Below are positions 27,564 through 34,190 of a DNA stretch of 34,190 nt, piece by piece. Source of the DNA: Octopus sinensis (taxonomy: Eukaryota); the NCBI RefSeq assembly GCF_006345805.1, contig NW_021829906.1, positions 1 through 34,190 on the forward strand, given 5' to 3'. The translations under genes were made by a program, and so were the position numbers. Positions within the stretch are counted from its first letter, which is position 1, and every line of letters starts with the position of its first letter. Below the pieces are notes generated by a model. It saw nothing but the letters and a program-made list of their open reading frames with translations, did not search any database and had not been told where the DNA came from.

Positions 27564-28855
27564 CGAGGGACGTTCAATAAGTAATGCCTCTGACCCACTT
27601 CCAGGTGTTTGATCTAGTTGAAATTTTGCATGTGCAATTACATATATCTCTATAGATTAGGTGGCAAATTACAGCTCTGAACTAATTATGGTTTCTGATT
27701 TACAGGTGTTTGAACTGAGTCAAGTGTGAAATGGAGCCGGTTGAGTGTCGAGCAGTGATCCGCCGGTTTTTGTATTTGAAAGGACGCACACCATGGGAGA
27801 CTTTTGATGAAATGAAAGTAACTTATGGTGATGATGCCCCATCATATGACCTTGTAAAACGCTGGCATCGTGAATTCAAACATGGTCGGAACTCTGTGGA
27901 AACAGCTCCCAGATCTGGTCGACCCCCTTCTGCCATTGATGAGGCATCTGTCCGTCAAGTTGAGGCTGCCATTTTGGAAGATCGACGCATAACTATTCGC
28001 CAAATAGCCCATGAGGTCAAGCTTAGTACCGGGTCTGTGGAAACTATCATTCATGACCATTTGCATATGCAAAAGGTGTCTGCCAGATGGATGCCCAGGT
28101 TGCTCACACCTTTCCAGAAGCAAGAACGCGTCGAGTGCTCGAGGATGAATTTGGAGACGTACCAAGAAAATGAGTCAAACTTTTTCAAAAGACTGATTAA
28201 ACAGGATGAAACCTGGGTCCGTCAAATTGATCCAGAGACCAAAGCCCAGTCAATGCAGTGGAAGCACAGTGACTCACCTCCTCCAAAGAAGGCAAGGGTG
28301 CAGCCCTCTGCTGGCAAGGTCATGCTCACAGTCTTCTGGGACCAGGACGGAGTAGTGATGACAGATTTCCTGGCAAAGGGTACCACAATTACAGGAGCCT
28401 ATTATGCTTCACTTTTGAGGAAATTAAGAGAAGTTATCAAAATCAAGAGGCGGGGCAAGATCAGCGAAGGCATCTTCCTCCTGCAGGACAACGCTTCGGT
28501 CCACCACTCGCGTCCTCAGATCAGAAGCACAGGCGTGCGGCTATGAACTCCTCCCCCACCCCCTACTCTCCTGACCTTGCACCCTCTGATTTTCACCTCT
28601 TCCCAGCCATAAAGTTGTTTTTGAAAGGAAAGCATTTCCCAGATGATGCAGCCTTGATTTCTAAAGTCACGTCGTGGATGGAGGACCAAGCTGGGGTCTT
28701 TTACAAAAACGGTCTCCAGAGCTGGATCAAACGATGGGAGAAGTGCGTAACTCTGGGTGGTTCCTATGTAGAAAAAGACCAATAACTGTGCCAAGTTCCG
28801 TTGCTCTACTGGTATGGGAAGTGAGTCAGGGGCATTACTTATTGAACGCCCCTCG
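27564..28855 (+). mobile_element. Full-length (1292 bp) mariner transposon, irritans-like TIRs, inserted in (TA)n
   Basis: 39-bp TIRs (27564-27602 / 28817-28855, 3 mismatches) beginning CGAGGG, with TA on both sides. Confidence 0.95.
27731..28785 (+). pseudogene. Mariner D,D34D transposase with two frameshifts
   Basis: Motifs WMPRLL, QDETW, QDNA and YSPDLAPSDFHLF. Frame shifts near 28517 and in the C-run near 28560; restoring 2 nt at each gives 34 residues between the second and third Asp. Confidence 0.95.
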
Positions 28856-29139
28856 TATATATATATATATAATACTGTAAATAATAATAATGGTATTTTT
28901 ATATAAGCTTAAAGCTTATGGCAATCACCACGCAATGACTAAAGAAAATTGTCTAATAAAGGAGGAAGTACGCCCTCGAGAGAAAAAAGAAAGCTTTCCC
29001 ATCCGCACCGAAAGTATATATATATATTTTAGATATATATGCACGTATGCCTATGCAATATGTGCATACCTGCATCTATATGTGTTGAAAACTGCTTCCT
29101 CCCAGAATTGCGAATCCTAAATCCTGTTGATATTCTCAC

Positions 29140-29171
29140 AAATGTTGTTGTTATTATTATTATTATTATCA

Positions 29172-29206
<35 letters not shown>

Positions 29207-29359
29207 TATTATATTATATATATTATATTATTATTATTATTATTATTATTCTTATTATCATCCATTATTATCATTATTATTATATTACTACTACTACTAC
29301 TACTAGTACTAATTTTTTATCGTATTATATAGTCATCATCATTATTATTATTGTTACTG

Positions 29360-29392
<33 letters not shown>
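29140..29392. repeat. Compound (ATT)n/(CTA)n trinucleotide microsatellite
   Basis: Direct reading; source of the poly-I/L ORF. Confidence 0.95.
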
Positions 29393-29393
<1 letters not shown>

Positions 29394-29623
29394 ATGTAGA
29401 CATTATACCCTCAACAACAGGTGCACTTTTTCAGAGCGTATACTGCAAATAAATCGTTTTAACACTGAATAAATATTACTAAAACGCGTTTTTCAACAAA
29501 CGATCCCCAAAATGATGACAAAAAAAAAAAAAGGAAACCTACTTTTCTGTCCTGCAAGATAACTAATGGCGTTCTATAATCATATACAAGATACGTTTAT
29601 AGATAGGTGCAATAGTGTGCATG

Positions 29624-29710
<87 letters not shown>

Positions 29711-29792
29711 TATTACGAGTACATATATATATATACATATATATATATACGTACACATATCATATATGTATACAAAATAAATGTATATATAT

Positions 29793-29871
<79 letters not shown>

Positions 29872-30653
29872 TATATATATATACTATATATAGCATATGC
29901 ATACACCGTTGTATATGCATATATGTGCATATGTCTGTGAGCCTATGCGCGCGCTCGTAGATGTGTGTATCATTGCATGTATATATGTTTATTTATTTTG
30001 AATGCGGAAGTTCTTTTGTACAGCTTGATTTACATTTGTATCTATTGAGAATATAAGGTAACGGAGAGAATAGATATTTGAATATAACTAAATAAAAATA
30101 GATAGATAGATAGGCAGACAGACAGACGGACAGACAAAGACAGATAAGCAAACAAAGAAGGAAGCAAACAGACATTTTGAAAATGGATGACTAGATATCT
30201 ACATATGTATGTGTGTGTTTGAATGTGTTTATACACACATGTATGTATGTGTGTATGTATATTGGTATGTATGTACGTATGTATGTATGCGTGTGTGTTT
30301 GTGTGTATGTATGTATATATGTAGTTATGTATGTATATCTGGCTGAATATATGTTAGCTTGTATGTATCTATGCATGTATGCATGTATCTAAAAATGGTT
30401 TGTATTAAAGAAATAATGTTGACTGATATAATGAAGTCAATACATAAAGTTGAAAGACAGATTTGTTCTTTGAAGTATGCTGTAACTTCGAAACTTCTCC
30501 ACTTATGGATTTTCCTTTAAGTTTATGTGTGTGCGTATACGTGTGTATGTATGTGTCCCTGTGTGTGCATGTACGTGCGCATACATGTATTCTGTTTGAA
30601 AATCGAGTAACAATAGACGATACATGCTGTAGATTATACTTTTTTATTCATAG

Positions 30654-30707
30654 GCAGCTGTCGCTTCGTTCTACCTCTCCCCAGACTTTCAAGCTCTTCG
30701 GTCCTGT
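30654..30707 (+). CDS. Candidate 54-nt frame-preserving exon of an unidentified host gene
   Basis: Acceptor acttttttattcatag|G and donor GT|gtaagc; length divisible by 3; no stops in any frame. No homology recognised. Confidence 0.3.
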
Positions 30708-31315
30708 GTAAGCAAAACGCTTCATGGAGATGCACAGATGGCAACGTACAGGATCGATATAACCAATTAGATTGCTTATCTCGTGTCATGCGGATGTAAT
30801 AGTTCCATGTGTGTCACATGGAGTGAACTCGATTCTAATTTACGATACGCGTTTCTTTTGAATATTCAAAGGAGGTCAATCTCATTACATAACTAAAATT
30901 ATTGTGTACCTTCTCATGTATTTACATTGTTTATTGCTAAAAAAAAAACAACTACAAGGTTGTAATTCGAAAACCTCAATACACATAAATGAAAAAATAG
31001 TGAACCTCTTGTCCACAGAATCTGATTTAAACGGATGTAAACTTACTTCAAGGGAAAACCATGTTAAGAAGCGAAAGCTTTTTACAAGGACGCTAACCGA
31101 ACACCCACAATTATAACACACCTTGTCGATGGTGTATCGAATGTCATCGAATAAGGAAATATTTAATAAAGTCCCCCCACTCTCCCCAACCATAACATTC
31201 TATGCACGAAGTGAATTTAATTTTTGTACTTCATCTTGTTTACATATTTGGTGACGTCCTGTACCCATATATGCATATCATATCTATATCTATCTCTCTC
31301 TCTCTCTCTCTCTCT

Positions 31316-31357
<42 letters not shown>

Positions 31358-31449
31358 GAAATATCAATACTGGATAGAAGGACGATAAATATAAATTTGA
31401 AGAGGCTGTATGGGGCGCTACACACTATATAAAAAGAGAGAATTGTGGC

Positions 31450-31940
31450 AGTGGACTAATTAGTATGGACCATTGTATAAGCCGCACACATTCCAGTGAG
31501 TATCTTCCAGATTACGTTTAGTTATGCTATGGGACGATAGTTTCCCACAATATTCCCCTTTCTTCTATCTTTCGTTACAAGTGTTGTCCTCCCAATTACC
31601 ATGCACGCGGGGACTCTACCTTTCCGGACACACTCATTCCAATGGGCTGCTAGTCTTTCATGCACTGCATTGCATCCCTTCAGCCAGAAGGCATGAATCC
31701 CATTTGGTCAGGGGGCTATCTAGTTAGGCACTTTAACCACTTGTTCTTTCACATCACCCGTGCTTATGACAATATTCCTTTGTTTCTTACCTCCTTTTAA
31801 TACTGTCGTGATGGTTCCTATCCAATTTGCATCCCTTTTATGCACCACATTGTCTCCCCATGATGCGCTCCAGAACTCCTTCGACTGATTTGCAGCAGGA
31901 GCAACACTTTCCTTATTGTCTCCTTCTAACGGTTGGAAGA
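31450..31940 (-). pseudogene. R4/Dong-like (restriction-endonuclease-type) non-LTR retrotransposon RT N-terminal fragment
   Basis: Translation ..APAANQSKEFWSASWGDNVVHKRDANW..VPN*IAP*PNGIHAFWLK..HERLAAHWNECVRKGRVPACMVIGRTTLVTKDRRKGNIVGNYRPIA*LNVIWKILTG shows the RT domain 0-1 motifs. Confidence 0.85.
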
Positions 31941-32100
31941 AATGCTGCGGGTTAAGGTTTGGCTGCTATATCTAGCATGGTGGTATCTCTTAGATACCCT
32001 TAATTATAATTTTAATAATAATTATTACATGAGATTTTTATTCCCATGCTAGCCGCTTGATATGATCAGTATTTTAAATATCGATCTTATCCTTATTTCT

Positions 32101-32106
32101 ATAAAT

Positions 32107-32173
<67 letters not shown>

Positions 32174-32399
32174 TAATGCTAATGCAAACTTCTATATATG
32201 ACAATTTATATATGCGTGTGAGAGTGAAAGTGCATCAGCAGATGTGTGTGCGCATGTGCGTATTACCCTTATATTTAAATATATACACATCAGTTATTTA
32301 CACACACGTACATACACACGCGCGCACACTTACTTGCATATATATATATATAAAATATATATATTCATGTTCATATATATGTGCAATTGTATACGTAGA

Positions 32400-32456
<57 letters not shown>

Positions 32457-32476
32457 ATATATATATATATAATATA

Positions 32477-32509
<33 letters not shown>

Positions 32510-32510
32510 C

Positions 32511-32578
<68 letters not shown>

Positions 32579-33014
32579 CAGTATGTGTGCGCTTGTGTAT
32601 GTAGGTTTGTGTAAATAACTGACGTGTATATATTTAAATATGTATGTACGTTTGTGTGTGTTCGCGCGTGTGTATACCTGAGTGTGCGCGAGTGAGTATG
32701 TATATAAAGTATTGTGTTTAAATAACATATGCATGTGTATGTTTATATATTCAGTCAGTAAATTAGATATTGTCAATGTAGACAGTCTTATCCGCCATTA
32801 TCGATTATATAATAGCTGTTATAATAGTTATGAAGGAAACGATTACAGGTGGGAGGTAGCTGGGTGGATGTGGTTGTTTGATTTCAAATTAAGAGGAGAC
32901 ATACTGACATACATATACATATACGGGGATATTGAGACACACCCAAACACACACAAGCGCGTACGTACACACACATATATACAGACATATCATTTTAATA
33001 TATATGTATATATA

Positions 33015-33045
<31 letters not shown>

Positions 33046-33051
33046 CATATT

Positions 33052-33082
<31 letters not shown>

Positions 33083-33368
33083 GTGGTGTGTGTGAGTGCG
33101 TATGTATATATATATACGTACATACATGTAGAGAGAGTACGTAAGAGAGTAAGAAAATGTAAAAACAGATAAGGAAAGAGCCAATTAAGTTAATGATAGC
33201 AATAATATCGGTGAATTCTTTTTATATATGTTTGTGCGTGTGCTTGTGTGTATGTGGTGTTGTATACGTCTATGCATATGTGTGTGTGCTTTTTATGCCT
33301 GTGCATGCATAAAGTAGGTGTACGTGAATATATGTATGTTTGTGTTTGAGTATGTATCTATATACACC

Positions 33369-33437
<69 letters not shown>

Positions 33438-33500
33438 ACTATACACACACACACACAAGCATTCAAGCATGCACGCACACACACACAAACACATGCACAC
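32101..33500. repeat. (GATA)n, (TA)n and (AC/TG)n microsatellite field
   Basis: Direct reading. Confidence 0.9.
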
Positions 33501-33619
33501 ATAGATATATGTCTGTCTATGTGATGAATGATTAAAGAATTATTACATGAATATAGAGACTAAGGAGTGAATGATGTGTGCCATATGCCAAATTTTAAAA
33601 TAAGATTATGGTAAATACT

Positions 33620-34000
33620 CATCCCAGAAATGAGGTTTGCAGATCACGTGGCATTCGCGACACATCTAGTTCAGCAATTGCCGTTCTGTATGGAAGAACT
33701 CTGAAAGGATTTTGAAATACCTCAGCATGACCACCATAAGAAGTGTTTTGCTAAGATACTATTCAATGCGTTCCTGTCCTTGCTATCAGTAACTATGACC
33801 TGGAGTATGCAGACGATAATTCATCTCTGGGTTCACCATCATGGTGGACTTCTCTCTTGAATTTGAGATCAACATACGTATTGAAATTGCTCATTTAATC
33901 CTAAAGAGGCACACTGAGTTTGCATCTGTAGAGCTTCCTAATTCAACGCCTTATTGCATAGGAGCCAGCAGCCTCTATTCGTGACAGCAGCAGTGTTTCA
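33620..34000 (+). pseudogene. Decayed RTE-clade LINE reverse transcriptase C-terminal fragment
   Basis: IPEMRFADHVAFATH (FADD motif), ..ISNYDLEYADD..LGS.., SLEFEINIRIEIA, with stops and frameshifts; resembles RTE 'LFADDAALVAH...LGS...SLDAEINKRI'. Confidence 0.7.
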
Positions 34001-34190
34001 ACGTCTCTCATCGATACAGGCTCTCATCAATTCACTAGTAATACACTTCTGATTTGCCTCCGACACGTTAATTCTTCATCATATTGAAGGTGTCAACTTC
34101 TGTTCAGAGAATAAAGTTTATCTTGCAGCAAGAATTTCATATTTGAGTTTGTTTGGGCAGGAATGTTGAAGTATAACTGTATTTCCTAAC

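Overview
AT-rich, microsatellite-saturated eukaryotic genomic DNA. The (AT)n/(AC)n/(ATAC)n/(GAAA)n density and the tRNA-derived SINE families resemble an octopus (coleoid cephalopod) genome; this is an inference from repeat content. I found no confident host protein-coding gene, and most ORF-track hits are microsatellite read-throughs. The window holds at least four tRNA-derived SINE families and a full-length but frameshifted irritans-like mariner (27564-28855). It also holds an older mariner fragment, a Tx1/L1-like ORF1-only element, decayed R4/Dong-like and RTE-like reverse transcriptase fragments, three hairpin/MITE-like inverted repeats and a 2.2-copy tandem array of a ~790 bp unit. The best leads are two. 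First, two minus-strand minimal hammerhead-ribozyme-like folds with palindromic stem III (11379-11426, with a G3-C8 core swap; 12078-12119). Second, the ORF1-only element, whose 3' end matches the tail of a SINE at 12415-12640.
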